From an uncultured Clostridium sp. (GTDB lineage: Bacteria > Bacillota > Clostridia > TANB77 > CAG-508), in the NCBI GenBank assembly GCA_902461935.1, contig CABPZP010000005.1:4054-68053 (forward strand): a DNA stretch of 64,000 nt, written 5' to 3'. Numbering within the stretch: position 1 is the first letter of the stretch; each line of letters opens with the position of its first letter. The position numbers were made by a program, and so were the translations under genes. The notes under the pieces are model-generated. The model ran no database searches. It saw only the letters and a program-made list of their open reading frames with translations, and was not told the origin of the DNA. This document shows positions 19,466-29,568 of this stretch, piece by piece.

Positions 19466-19963
19466 TTATTCTTCAAAAATATAATATCTCTTTAATGAAG
19501 TTAAAATATTATTATAATCATTTTGTGATAGATGTGCAATTTTTTTGTTTTGAAAAAAAGGTTCCCTTAATCTTTTATAGCTAAAATTAGCCATAGATTC
19601 TAATTTTGCAGTACTACAAGGTAGGCAATTAATATCACAGTGAAAATAATATTTATCTTTGTAACATTTGCTACTTAAAGGAATTACTGTCCACATTTTC
19701 TTATCAGCAGAAGAACGCCATAATATAGCAGGTCGTAATTTTCTTAATTCTGAACCAACATTTTGTCCAAAATCGACCCAGCATATAGAGCCAGGTTTTA
19801 GAATAGAGATTTCTGTATTATTGACATTTAATAATAATTTATCATAACACCATTTTAAATATTTTATATTATCAATGTTTTTATAATTAATTTCTCTACT
19901 TATTTTTTGAATTAAAGATTCTTTTAAAAGACTTAAAACATTTGAAAAATCTTTATTATTCAA
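19466..19963 (-). CDS. MazF/PemK-family toxin (mRNA interferase) with an N-terminal extension of about 55 aa
   Basis: KPGSICWVDFGQNVGSELRKLRPAILW…TVIPLSSK aligns with the MazF core GDLIWVDFDPTKGSEQAGHRPAVVLS…CVPCTTQ. Confidence 0.5.
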   Translation of the reverse strand: MNNKDFSNVLSLLKESLIQKISREINYKNIDNIKYLKWCYDKLLLNVNNTEISILKPGSICWVDFGQNVGSELRKLRPAILWRSSADKKMWTVIPLSSKCYKDKYYFHCDINCLPCSTAKLESMANFSYKRLREPFFQNKKIAHLSQNDYNNILTSLKRYYIFEE

Positions 19964-19979
19964 TTTTAAAAAATTGCCT

Positions 19980-20201
19980 TTAACATAAACTAATCCGTTT
20001 TATATTTCTTTTGGTATATTCTTGTAAATCGTTTATATCAATAAATCTATTTATCGATTCTATATATGTTAAATTATGAGATTCAGTAGCATAAACTGTT
20101 AGTCCAACATAATGATTTTCAGATATATTATATATAATTAAAATATGTTTTTTTTTATTATTTTCAACAACTTCATAAATATTTTGAGAATATATTTTCA
20201 A
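19980..20201 (-). CDS. small protein upstream of the mazF-like gene, possible cognate antitoxin
   Basis: 73-aa ORF ending 16 nt before the toxin start on the same strand; no recognisable DNA-binding motif. Confidence 0.3.
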   Translation of the reverse strand: MKIYSQNIYEVVENNKKKHILIIYNISENHYVGLTVYATESHNLTYIESINRFIDINDLQEYTKRNIKRISLC

Positions 20202-20402
20202 AGATAAACCTCCACAAATGATATTTTATATTTTTGTTTTACTAAGAAACACTATCGCAATAATACTATATTTTAATATAAAAAGCAATACATTTGTTCA
20301 CTAAAAAGTGCTAATAAAATAATAAAATCTCAAAATTAGATAAAAAGCATAAAATATAGTATGACTATTAATTTACTAGTCATAGGAGAGGTGAAAATTT
20401 TT

Positions 20403-21800
20403 ATGAAAAAAATTATAAGTATGTGTCTTATAATTCCAGTTTTCTTCAGTATTTTATGCTTTCTTTGTGTATCAAAAGCTGAAACTGCTCCGATTTATGA
20501 TGCAACATATAATAACAATGCAGGAGCTTTTTATGCAAATGGTACACCAATTACAATTGATAAAGATTCAAGTAATAATACTGTAGTTTATTGGGATGGA
20601 GGTAGTCAAGTTGTTCCAAGTACTGTTACAATCTTTGGTGGAGGAACAAATGGAACTTCATATGAAAGTTCAAATATCACAATGGAAAATGGTACAGTTT
20701 CTTTAATTTATGGTGGAGGAATTTCTTTAAATGAAAATGAACCATCTATCGTAAAAAATGCAAATGTAACTGTGAACAATGGAACTATATTAACCACTCT
20801 AATGGGTGGAGGACTTATTTATACAAATGTAGAAAATACAAATATTACAATTAATGGTGGAACTGTGGCAGCTGTTGTTGGTGGAGGAGCAGCAAGTGCT
20901 AAAATTTCTGGTGTTAGTTATTCAGCTGGAAAAGAGGGAGATTTAATAAATTCTAAAAACAGAACAACTAATACAAATGTAGTAATTAATAATGGAATAA
21001 TAGATATGGTACCTTCAAATTATGGATTAGTTTTTGGAGGAGGTCAAGGACTTTCATATGTAGAAAATGCTAATTTAATAATAAATGGTGGAGATTTATC
21101 TAAAGCATATGTAACAGCAGGTGGTTCAAATGGATATACAGAAAATGGAAAAATAAAAATAACAAATGGTTCAATAAATGTATTGCAAACTACAAATAGA
21201 GGTATAGTAAATACTGCTACTGTTAAAGTTACAGGAGGAAACATTATAAATGCATATGTAGGAGGAGAAACAGATCCATCAGTTACAGGTGTAATTAACA
21301 AAGCTGAATTTGATGTTCTAGGAGGAAAAGTAACAAACTTAAATACTGGAACATCTGGAGGAACACCAATAGAAGTAGAACAAGATAAATTTAAAGTTGT
21401 ATCTATAGAAAATACAGTTGAAAATAATACTGCTGGACCAAAGGCTGCAAGTATAACTTATGAATTTGGAATTGTGCCAAATGAAATGTTACTAAATATA
21501 AATAAAAAAGAAAAACTTGAAATTGAAATAAAAACAACACCAGCTGGTTATGAATATGTATTTGATACAAAGAATATAAAATGGGAGTCAAGTGATGAAC
21601 AAATTGCTAATGTCGATGAAGATGGATTTGTAATTGGAAATAAAGAAGGTACAGCAATAATTACTGCAAAACATCTAAAACAAGAAGATACTGTAAAAAT
21701 AGATGTAGCAAATATTACAAATGTTTTTATGTGGATTTTAATAATAGTATCTATTGCACTTTTTATATTAATAATATATCTAATATTTAATTTTATTTAA
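20403..21800 (+). CDS. surface-anchored beta-solenoid repeat protein with a Big_2 (bacterial Ig-like) domain
   Basis: Sec signal MKKIISMCLIIPVFF…SKA; about 8 repeats of h-x-h-(N/G)-G-x-h…GGG; Big_2-like KWESSDEQIANVDEDGFVIGNKEGTAIITAK; C-terminal TM anchor. Confidence 0.5.
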   Translation: MKKIISMCLIIPVFFSILCFLCVSKAETAPIYDATYNNNAGAFYANGTPITIDKDSSNNTVVYWDGGSQVVPSTVTIFGGGTNGTSYESSNITMENGTVSLIYGGGISLNENEPSIVKNANVTVNNGTILTTLMGGGLIYTNVENTNITINGGTVAAVVGGGAASAKISGVSYSAGKEGDLINSKNRTTNTNVVINNGIIDMVPSNYGLVFGGGQGLSYVENANLIINGGDLSKAYVTAGGSNGYTENGKIKITNGSINVLQTTNRGIVNTATVKVTGGNIINAYVGGETDPSVTGVINKAEFDVLGGKVTNLNTGTSGGTPIEVEQDKFKVVSIENTVENNTAGPKAASITYEFGIVPNEMLLNINKKEKLEIEIKTTPAGYEYVFDTKNIKWESSDEQIANVDEDGFVIGNKEGTAIITAKHLKQEDTVKIDVANITNVFMWILIIVSIALFILIIYLIFNFI

Positions 21801-21842
21801 ATTTATTAGACTTGTAAGTCAGTATACAACACAAATTAAAAA

Positions 21843-21874
21843 AACTATGGTACAATTTGGCCATAGTTTTTTTA
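21843..21874 (+). terminator. intrinsic terminator
   Basis: AACTATGGTACAATTTGGCCATAGTT hairpin plus a T-run; the track ORF start at 21847 lies inside it. Confidence 0.6.
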
Positions 21875-21888
21875 AGGAGATTTTAAAT

Positions 21889-23610
21889 ATGAGGTATAGT
21901 AACAATTTGTATCATGCGCAAGAATTTAATAACATAAAGGAAATAATTTATAACTCTGTAGAGCAGTATTCAAAAAATATTGCTTTTGTAATAAAACATA
22001 CAGAAAATAAAAAAGTAGAATATGAAAACATTACATATAAACAATTATTAGAAGATATAAATAAATTAGGAACTGCAGTATATAGTTTAGGTTTTAAAGG
22101 AAAAAGAATTGCTGTTATAGGCAGAAATAGCTATGAATGGGCTATTGCTCATTTGTCTAATTTGTTAGGTGGAAATGTTTCAGTTCCTTTAGATAAAGAT
22201 TTGCAATATGATGAGCTTGAAAATTCTTTAATTAGAAGTAAAGCAGATATGATTTTCTTTGATAAAAAATATGAAGAAAAAATAAGTCAAATAAAAGAAA
22301 AAAATAACACAAACCTTAAAGAGTATGTTTGCTTTGAAGAAGCGGAGGGCTTTAAAAATATCAGTGAATTATTAAAAATAGGCAATAAAAAAATAAATAG
22401 TGGAAAAACAGATTTTATAAATGCTAAAATAGATGAAAACAAAATGGCAATTTTATTATTTACATCTGGAACAACATCAAAATCTAAAGCAGTAATGCTT
22501 TCTCAAAAAAACATTGCTTCAAATGTATATGCAATGCAATGTGTAGAAGCAATTTACAGTACAGATACAAATATTGCATTTTTACCATTTCATCATATAT
22601 TTGGTTCAACATGTATGGTAGTAATGCTTGCATATGGTGTAAGAACAGTATTTCCAGATGGCTTAAGATATATAAAGAAAAACTTAAATGAATACGGAGT
22701 TTCTGTTTTTGTTGGTGTACCAGTTTTAGTAGAAGCAATATACAAAACAATTATGAAAGAAGTTCAAAAGCAAGGAAAAACAAAACTTATAAATATTGCA
22801 ACAAAAATAAGTAACTTTTTATTAAAATTACATATAGATATTAGAAGAATTCTATTTAAATCTATTATAAATGAATTAGGTGGAAAACTAAGATTCGTAA
22901 TCTCTGGAGGAGCTCCTGCAGATAGCAAAATAGCTAAAGGATTTAACGACTTGGGTATAGAAGTAGTTCAAGGGTACGGTTTAACAGAAACATCTCCAGT
23001 TATAGCAGCGGAGAACAAGAGATGTATGAAAGCAGGAACTGTTGGAATACCAATGCTAAATGTAAAATTAGAAATAGAAAATCCAGATGAAAACGGAATA
23101 GGGGAAATACGTGTAAAAGGTCCAAATGTTATGCTTGGTTATTATGAAAACGAAGAAGCTACAAAAGAAGTATTAAAAGATGGATGGTTCTATACAGGAG
23201 ACTTAGGATATTTAGATAAAAATGGATGTTTAGCAATAACAGGAAGAAGTAAAAACCTAATAGTACTAAAAAATGGTAAAAAAGTATTTCCAGAAGAATT
23301 AGAAACATTAGTAAATAGGTTAGAATTAGTAGAAGAGTGTATGGTATATGGAATGCCAGATGAAAAAGATAAGAATGATGTGAAATTATCTATAAAAGTT
23401 GTATACAATAGAGAAATTGTTAAAGAAAAATACAGTGATAAAACAGAAGAAGAACTATATAAAATTATTTGGAACGAAATAAAAGAAATAAATAAAACTT
23501 TGCCACGATACAAATATATAAAAGGAATGATTTTAACAGATGAAGAATTAATAAAAACAACAACTAAAAAAGTGAAAAGACAAGAAGAAATGAAGAAAAT
23601 TATGGCATAA
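21889..23610 (+). CDS. AMP-dependent synthetase/ligase (long-chain fatty acid--CoA ligase-like)
   Basis: AMP-binding motif LFTSGTTSKSKAVMLS, YGLTETS and GWFYTGDLG motifs; start moved to ATG 21889 with RBS AAGGAGA. Confidence 0.8.
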   Translation: MRYSNNLYHAQEFNNIKEIIYNSVEQYSKNIAFVIKHTENKKVEYENITYKQLLEDINKLGTAVYSLGFKGKRIAVIGRNSYEWAIAHLSNLLGGNVSVPLDKDLQYDELENSLIRSKADMIFFDKKYEEKISQIKEKNNTNLKEYVCFEEAEGFKNISELLKIGNKKINSGKTDFINAKIDENKMAILLFTSGTTSKSKAVMLSQKNIASNVYAMQCVEAIYSTDTNIAFLPFHHIFGSTCMVVMLAYGVRTVFPDGLRYIKKNLNEYGVSVFVGVPVLVEAIYKTIMKEVQKQGKTKLINIATKISNFLLKLHIDIRRILFKSIINELGGKLRFVISGGAPADSKIAKGFNDLGIEVVQGYGLTETSPVIAAENKRCMKAGTVGIPMLNVKLEIENPDENGIGEIRVKGPNVMLGYYENEEATKEVLKDGWFYTGDLGYLDKNGCLAITGRSKNLIVLKNGKKVFPEELETLVNRLELVEECMVYGMPDEKDKNDVKLSIKVVYNREIVKEKYSDKTEEELYKIIWNEIKEINKTLPRYKYIKGMILTDEELIKTTTKKVKRQEEMKKIMA

Positions 23611-23617
23611 AATGAAA

Positions 23618-23643
23618 AAAAGCTCTAATAAAGAGCTTTTTTG
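23618..23643 (+). terminator. intrinsic terminator
   Basis: AAAGCTCTAATAAAGAGCTTTTTTG. Confidence 0.7.
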
Positions 23644-23713
23644 TGATTTTTATAATTGTCATTTTAAATTTTTTGATATATAATAAAAAAGATTTATAAA
23701 AATAGGTGGTTGA

Positions 23714-24412
23714 ATGAAAGAAGAAAATATAGTTATTGGAATTGAAGGAATGGTAGGAAGCGGAAAAACTTCAATTTGTAGAAAATTATTAGATTATATT
23801 CCAAATTCAATTATATTACATGGCGGAAACATATATAGAGCAGTTGTTTATGGAATGATGAATGCTGGAATAGACTTAAAAAATATAAAAAATAAATCAA
23901 AAAAATTGGATGTTTTGAATGTAATGCAAAAACTTGGAATAGATATTAAACTAGAAAATAGAGAAACTGTTATATACATAAATAATAAAAAAATTGATGA
24001 AGAAGAATTACAATCAGACAAATCTTCAATGGCGGTTTCTGTTGTTAGTAATGTTGCTGATAATGCAAAACTCTACCAATTTGGTAAAGAAATAATAGAT
24101 GAATATAGAGAAAAATATAATGTAATATTATCTTCAAGAGATATAGTAAAAATGTATCCAAATGTAACATATCATTTCTTTATAACTGCAACTCTAGATG
24201 AACGAGTTAGAAGAAAGAGCATACAATATAAAGAAAAGATAGATTTAAAAAAATTAAAAGAAAATATAGAAAAAAGAGATAAACTTCAAGAAGCTTCAGG
24301 ATATTATAAAATATACGATATAACAAATGTAATAGATGTTACAAACTGTGAAACAATAGAAGAAGGAGCTAAACTTGTTTTAGATAAAATAAGTTTACCA
24401 CTTAATATTTAA
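23714..24412 (+). CDS. cytidylate kinase-like P-loop kinase
   Basis: P-loop IGIEGMVGSGKTS; HGGNIYRAVVYGMMNAGIDL resembles Cmk DTGAMYRAVALAAL…GIDL; divergent overall. Confidence 0.45.
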   Translation: MKEENIVIGIEGMVGSGKTSICRKLLDYIPNSIILHGGNIYRAVVYGMMNAGIDLKNIKNKSKKLDVLNVMQKLGIDIKLENRETVIYINNKKIDEEELQSDKSSMAVSVVSNVADNAKLYQFGKEIIDEYREKYNVILSSRDIVKMYPNVTYHFFITATLDERVRRKSIQYKEKIDLKKLKENIEKRDKLQEASGYYKIYDITNVIDVTNCETIEEGAKLVLDKISLPLNI

Positions 24413-24433
24413 AAATAGTATAGGAGATGCAAA

Positions 24434-25834
24434 ATGGATTTTATAAATGAAAGATTAGTAGAATTTGAAAATTACATAAAAGGAAGAAAGGTTGCAATAA
24501 TAGGCCTGGGTGTTAGTAACTTGCCTTTAATAGACTATATGAACGAAAAAGGTGCAATAACAACAATATTTGATGATAGAACAAAAGAAAAAATAGATAG
24601 TAATATTATTAAAAAAATCGAAAATTATAATATGCAAGCATTTTTAGGAGAAAATTCACTTGAGAATCTAAAAGGATTTGATATAATTTTTAGATCTCCA
24701 AGTTGTTTACCAACAAAGCCAGAATTAGTTGCGGAGAGCGAAAGAGGAGCAATAGTTACATCTGAAATAGAAATGCTTATGAAAATGTGTCCATGCAAAA
24801 TAATAGGAGTAACAGGTAGCGATGGAAAAACAACAACAACAACGCTTATTTATAAAATAATTAGTGAAAATGGCTATAAATGTTATGTTGGTGGAAATAT
24901 AGGAACACCTTTATTTACTAAATTAAACGAAATAACACCGGAAGATGTTGTTGTGTTAGAATTAAGTAGTTTTCAATTAATGGGAATGGACGTAAGCCCA
25001 AATGTTGCAGTAATTACAAATATAACTCCAAACCATTTAAACATACATAGTTCATTAGAAGAGTACATAAATGCAAAGAAGAACATTTTTAAATATCAGA
25101 GCGAAAATGATTTACTAGTATTAAATTATGATAATGAAGTTACAAATAAATGTGGGGAAGAAGCCATAGGAAAAGTTGTATACTTTACAAGTAAAAACAA
25201 AATAGAAGATGGCTGGATGATAGATGATGGCATAATAAAAGAATGTGCAGATAAATTAAGAAAACACATAGCAAATACAAAAGACTTTAAATTGAGAGGA
25301 ATGCACAATTATGAGAATATATGTGCTGCACTTGCTGCAACAAAACAATTTGTAGATACAAAACAAGCAGTAAAAACAATAATGAATTTTAATGGAGTAG
25401 AACATAGATTAGAATTAATAAGAGAAATAGATGGTGTAAAATGGTATAACGATTCTGTTAGTTCAAGTCCAACAAGAACAATAGCAGGTTTAAATTCTTA
25501 TGATGAAGAAATTATATTAATAGCTGGTGGGTATGATAAAAATTTAGATTATACTCCAATAGCTAAACCTATAGTAGAAAAAGTAAAGGGGCTAATTCTT
25601 TTAGGAGATACATCAACAAAAATATTCAATGCGGTAAAAGCTGAATTAGAAAAACAAAATAAAAACATTCCAATATATATGTGTGAAGACTTAAAGCAAA
25701 CAGTAACAATAGCTAAAAAAATAGCAAAACCAGGTCAAGTAGTGCTATTCTCTCCTGCAAGTGCAAGTTTTGATTTATTCAAAAATTTCGCAGATAGAGG
25801 AGAAAAATTCAAAAAACTTGTAAATGAATTATAA
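24434..25834 (+). CDS. murD: UDP-N-acetylmuramoylalanine--D-glutamate ligase
   Basis: N-terminal Rossmann VAIIGLGVSN, Mur ligase P-loop GVTGSDGKTTTTTL, Mur ligase middle and C-terminal domains. Confidence 0.85.
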   Translation: MDFINERLVEFENYIKGRKVAIIGLGVSNLPLIDYMNEKGAITTIFDDRTKEKIDSNIIKKIENYNMQAFLGENSLENLKGFDIIFRSPSCLPTKPELVAESERGAIVTSEIEMLMKMCPCKIIGVTGSDGKTTTTTLIYKIISENGYKCYVGGNIGTPLFTKLNEITPEDVVVLELSSFQLMGMDVSPNVAVITNITPNHLNIHSSLEEYINAKKNIFKYQSENDLLVLNYDNEVTNKCGEEAIGKVVYFTSKNKIEDGWMIDDGIIKECADKLRKHIANTKDFKLRGMHNYENICAALAATKQFVDTKQAVKTIMNFNGVEHRLELIREIDGVKWYNDSVSSSPTRTIAGLNSYDEEIILIAGGYDKNLDYTPIAKPIVEKVKGLILLGDTSTKIFNAVKAELEKQNKNIPIYMCEDLKQTVTIAKKIAKPGQVVLFSPASASFDLFKNFADRGEKFKKLVNEL

Positions 25835-25898
25835 AATAGTCACAAAAACAAGCCTTCTTGAATAATATTAAAAAGAAATATTGTTCAAGGAGGTTTTT

Positions 25899-26432
25899 AT
25901 GTATAACAGTTATGAAGAATATATGAGAGATGTTTTAGGCTACCCATATAATAGGTCAAATATTATGCAAAATACGTACAATAATACATACAACAATAAT
26001 TATCAAACACAGGCAGTAGAATCCAATATAAATGAACAAGAATTACAAGAATGTTACCCAGAAATTTACAATATTGTAAAACCAATGGTTAAAACTACGT
26101 GCCAAATGTATGCCGGAAGAACAATTACTAAAGAAGTAATTGAAGAAATGACTTTAAAAATTTATAATAGCGTGGAAACAAATGAAAATAGGTCTGTTCA
26201 TGAGGAAAGAAAATTAAAAAATGGAGATGTTATAAATCCAAATGCAAAACAAGAAAATAGAGAAGATAGACAAAGACCAAATAATTTCCTTTTAAGAGAC
26301 TTAATAAAAATATTATTACTAAATGAACTTTTAAGACCGGGAGGAAGGCCACCTATGCCACCAAGACCAGGACCTGTTCCACCACCACGTCCACCAATGG
26401 GACCAAACAGACCTCCATACAGACCTTTTTAA
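25899..26432 (+). CDS. hypothetical Asn/Tyr-rich protein with a proline-rich C-terminus (possible spore or envelope structural protein)
   Basis: YNNTYNNNYQTQ low-complexity stretch and PPMPPRPGPVPPPRPPMGPNRPPYRPF tail; strong RBS AGGAGGT before ATG 25899. Confidence 0.4.
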   Translation: MYNSYEEYMRDVLGYPYNRSNIMQNTYNNTYNNNYQTQAVESNINEQELQECYPEIYNIVKPMVKTTCQMYAGRTITKEVIEEMTLKIYNSVETNENRSVHEERKLKNGDVINPNAKQENREDRQRPNNFLLRDLIKILLLNELLRPGGRPPMPPRPGPVPPPRPPMGPNRPPYRPF

Positions 26433-26524
26433 AATAAAAAAATGAATTTTCAAAATTAAAATATTTTTTCAAAAAATGGTTAAAATAAAAATGTGCAAAT
26501 TTTTTGAAAAGGTAGGTAATAAAA

Positions 26525-26974
26525 ATGAAAGTTCAAGATTGTATGTGTGGAGATATATGTGTATGTAGTCCAGAAAACACAGTATGTGATTGCTCAAAAT
26601 TAATGAATGATAGACATGTAGGGTGTATACCAGTATGCGATGCAGAAAATAAAGTAGTTGGTCTAGTTACAGATAGAGATATAATATTAAGATGTATAGC
26701 AAGTGGCAAAGATCCAAAAAACACAAAAATAAATGAAATAATGACAAAAAATGTATGTTGTTGTAATCCAGAGCAAGATGTATGTGATGCAGAGCAAGAC
26801 ATGTGTGAAACACAAGTAAGAAGAATACCTGTTGTAGACAATAACAACAAAATAATAGGAATGCTAAGTTTAGGAGATTTAGCTAAAAACAAAAATGTAA
26901 GCAAAGAAGATGTAGGAAAAACAGTAGAAGGAATATGCGATTGTGCTACAATAAATATCAAAAATTGCCAATAG
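26525..26974 (+). CDS. CBS-pair domain protein, unusually cysteine-rich (17 Cys in 149 aa)
   Basis: CBS signatures (VVGLVTDRDIILR; IPVVDNNNKIIGMLSLGDL) with cysteines replacing many surface positions. Confidence 0.55.
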   Translation: MKVQDCMCGDICVCSPENTVCDCSKLMNDRHVGCIPVCDAENKVVGLVTDRDIILRCIASGKDPKNTKINEIMTKNVCCCNPEQDVCDAEQDMCETQVRRIPVVDNNNKIIGMLSLGDLAKNKNVSKEDVGKTVEGICDCATINIKNCQ

Positions 26975-27004
26975 ACTATTAAATTTTTAATTTAATAATA
27001 CACT

Positions 27005-27030
27005 TGTAGTGGCGGTCATTGACCGCCACA
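27005..27030. repeat. TGTAG-led GC hairpin (variant)
   Basis: TGTAGTGGCGGTCATTGACCGCCACA. Confidence 0.6.
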
Positions 27031-27097
27031 TTTTATATTAGCAGTATTTAAAAATATAATTACAATTATTATTTCATCTTCAATATATATCAGACAC

Positions 27098-27258
27098 TGT
27101 AGGGGCGGACGCCTCTGTCCGCCTATCAATAAATGATAAAAATATTTTGTTATAAAATTTATGTCTTTGAATAACAATTGTCAAACGTTATAGGGGTCGG
27201 CGTCCCCGACGACCAGAAAAAATAACATAAATTTGTAAATTAATTTTCTCGAAATAAA
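27098..27258 (+). repeat. composite modular repeat, copy 1 (hairpin A, AT-rich spacer, hairpin B, tail)
   Basis: About 160 bp that are roughly 96% identical to 29569-29727; contains TGTAGGGGCGGACGCCTCTGTCCGCC and TATAGGGGTCGGCGTCCCCGACGACC. Confidence 0.85.
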
Positions 27259-27284
27259 TTTTTATAAAAACAAATTTTAAATAA

Positions 27285-27313
27285 TTGACAATAAATTGAA
27301 CGTGCTATATAAT
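27285..27313 (+). promoter_or_regulatory. sigma-70-type promoter for galE
   Basis: TTGACA, a 17-bp spacer, then TATAAT, immediately downstream of repeat copy 1. Confidence 0.55.
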
Positions 27314-27336
27314 TTCAAAAAAAGGAGGTAATGAAT

Positions 27337-28338
27337 ATGGCAGTTTTAGTTACAGGTGGGGCAGGTTTTATAGGAAGTCACACGGCAGTTGAATTATTAA
27401 ATGCAGGAAAGGAAATAGTAATATTAGACAATTTTTCGAATAGTAAACCACAGTCGTTAGAAGCAATAAAAAAGATTACAGGAAAAGATTTCAAATTTTA
27501 TGAAATGGATTACTTAGATAGAGAAAAATTAGAAAAAGTGTTTGAAGAAAACAAAATAGATTCTGTATTGAATTTTGCAGGATATAAAGCAGTTGGAGAA
27601 TCAATAGAAAAACCAATAGAATATTATACAAATAATATCTCAGGTGCGCTTGTATTACTAGATACCATGAGAAAATATGGAGTAAAGAAATTTGTATTTA
27701 GTTCATCAGCAACAGTATACGGGGAACCAGAAAAAATACCGCTTACAGAGGACTGCAAAACAGGAGGAACAACAAATCCATATGGTACATCTAAATTATT
27801 TATAGAGCAAATATTAAAAGATATATATAATTCAGATAATTCATGGGATATAGCAATACTTAGATATTTCAACCCAGTAGGAGCACATGAAAGTAGTTTA
27901 ATAGGAGAAGAACCACAAGGAATACCAAATAACTTAATGCCATATGTAGTAAGAGTTGCAGCTGGAAAACTAAAAGAATTATCTGTATTTGGAAATGACT
28001 ATGATACACCAGACGGAACAGGAGTTAGAGATTATATACATGTTGTAGACTTAGCCAAAGGACATATAAAAGCATTAGAAAAACTAGAAAAAGAAGGTAA
28101 AGGATTATTTATATATAACCTAGGAACAGGAAAAGGCTATAGTGTTTTAGATATGGTAAAAGCATTTGAAAAATCAACAGGAAAAAAAGTAGCATATAAA
28201 ATAGCGCCAAGAAGAGCAGGAGACATAGCAACATGCTACTCAGATCCAACAAAAGCAAAAGAAGAATTAGGTTGGGAAGCAACAAAAACATTAGATGAAA
28301 TGTGTGAAGACTCATGGAACTTTATAAATAGAGGATAA
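27337..28338 (+). CDS. galE: UDP-glucose 4-epimerase
   Basis: [13 protein letters not shown] Rossmann motif, YxxxK catalytic motif (YGTSK), full-length alignment to the GalE pattern; RBS AGGAGGT before ATG 27337. Confidence 0.88.
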   Translation: MAVLVTGGAGFIGSHTAVELLNAGKEIVILDNFSNSKPQSLEAIKKITGKDFKFYEMDYLDREKLEKVFEENKIDSVLNFAGYKAVGESIEKPIEYYTNNISGALVLLDTMRKYGVKKFVFSSSATVYGEPEKIPLTEDCKTGGTTNPYGTSKLFIEQILKDIYNSDNSWDIAILRYFNPVGAHESSLIGEEPQGIPNNLMPYVVRVAAGKLKELSVFGNDYDTPDGTGVRDYIHVVDLAKGHIKALEKLEKEGKGLFIYNLGTGKGYSVLDMVKAFEKSTGKKVAYKIAPRRAGDIATCYSDPTKAKEELGWEATKTLDEMCEDSWNFINRG

Positions 28339-28348
28339 TAAAATTAAA

Positions 28349-28377
28349 TGTAGGGGTCGACGTCTCTGTCGACCCGC
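28349..28377. repeat. TGTAGGGG-led GC hairpin (solo unit)
   Basis: TGTAGGGGTCGACGTCTCTGTCGACCCGC between galE and efp. Confidence 0.7.
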
Positions 28378-28485
28378 TTAAATATAAGATAAATTAAATA
28401 TAATAATTCCCCAAAACTATTGCAATTTTAGCAAAAATAGTATAAAATAGAAAAAGTTGAAAATAATATTTAAGGAGGAACAAAA

Positions 28486-29052
28486 ATGGCAGAAGTATAT
28501 TCAGCAGGAGATTTTAGAAATGGAACAACATTTGAAATGGATGGAAACGTATTTAAAGTAGTAGAATTCCAACACGTAAAACCAGGAAAGGGTTCAGCTT
28601 TTGTTAGAACAAAATTAAGAAATGTAATATCAGGAGCAGTTATAGAAAAAACATTTAACCCATCAGAAAAATATCCAGGTGCAGAAATAGAAAAGAAAGA
28701 AATGCAATATTTATATAATGATGAAACTTTATATTATTTTATGGACAATGAAACATACGAACAAATTCCATTAAATAAAGAACAAATTGGAGATTGTTTA
28801 AAATACATAAAAGAAAACATGAATGTTAAAATTTTATCATATAAAGGAAATGTATTTGCAGTTGAACCACCAATGTTTGTTGAATTAGAAGTTACATATA
28901 CAGAACCAGGATTTAGTGGAAATACAACAACAACATCTGGAAAACCAGCAACATTAGAAAATGGATTCGAAATTTCAGTTCCATTATTCATAAATATTGG
29001 AGATGTAATTAGAATAGATACAAGAACAGGCGAATACATGGAAAGAGTTTAG
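28486..29052 (+). CDS. efp: elongation factor P
   Basis: 188 aa; [14 protein letters not shown] loop with the conserved modifiable Lys; three OB-like domains. Confidence 0.92.
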   Translation: MAEVYSAGDFRNGTTFEMDGNVFKVVEFQHVKPGKGSAFVRTKLRNVISGAVIEKTFNPSEKYPGAEIEKKEMQYLYNDETLYYFMDNETYEQIPLNKEQIGDCLKYIKENMNVKILSYKGNVFAVEPPMFVELEVTYTEPGFSGNTTTTSGKPATLENGFEISVPLFINIGDVIRIDTRTGEYMERV

Positions 29053-29070
29053 TTAGAAAGGAAATTTTGT

Positions 29071-29526
29071 ATGTCAAATAAAAAAATTGAAGATCTTATT
29101 AAAAACTTAGAACAAAATCTTGAAAGTCAAAAAGACATAGAATATGTAAAAAAAGTACTAGCTGAATTTTTAGAAGAATATCAAACAAATACAGAAAAAA
29201 GAATGCAAATTCTTGAAGAAAGTCAAAAAGAATTAGAATTCAAAACAGAAAAAATGCAAGCAATAATAGACAAAATGGAAGATGAATTTTTTGTAGATGA
29301 AGACGAAGAAGAAACATTAAGTTTTGAAATTGCATGTCCATATTGTAACTATGTATTTGAAACAAAATTAAACGAACTAAAAGAAGAAATAACATGCCCA
29401 GAATGTAACAACGTTATAGAATTAGACTGGGATTGTGAATGCGAAGAAGACAGTTGTTCTGGAGGATGTTCATGTTGTAACCATGGATGTAGCGAAGATG
29501 AATACGACGATGACGATGATATGTAA
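29071..29526 (+). CDS. hypothetical protein: coiled-coil N-terminus, zinc ribbon and Cys-rich poly-acidic tail
   Basis: CPYC-x19-CPEC zinc ribbon; tail CECEEDSCSGGCSCCNHGCSEDEYDDDDDM. Confidence 0.45.
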   Translation: MSNKKIEDLIKNLEQNLESQKDIEYVKKVLAEFLEEYQTNTEKRMQILEESQKELEFKTEKMQAIIDKMEDEFFVDEDEEETLSFEIACPYCNYVFETKLNELKEEITCPECNNVIELDWDCECEEDSCSGGCSCCNHGCSEDEYDDDDDM

Positions 29527-29534
29527 ACCAAAAA

Positions 29535-29566
29535 GTAGACAAATTAAATCTTGTCTACTTTTTTAA
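29535..29566 (+). terminator. intrinsic terminator
   Basis: GTAGACAAATTAAATCTTGTCTAC plus a T-run. Confidence 0.7.
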
Positions 29567-29568
29567 TT

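Noticed and set aside
20403-21800. Flagellin or S-layer assignment for the GGG-repeat surface protein
   Set aside because: No flagellin N- or C-terminal conserved helices and no SLH or cell-wall-binding repeats; it is called only as a beta-solenoid/Big_2 surface protein.
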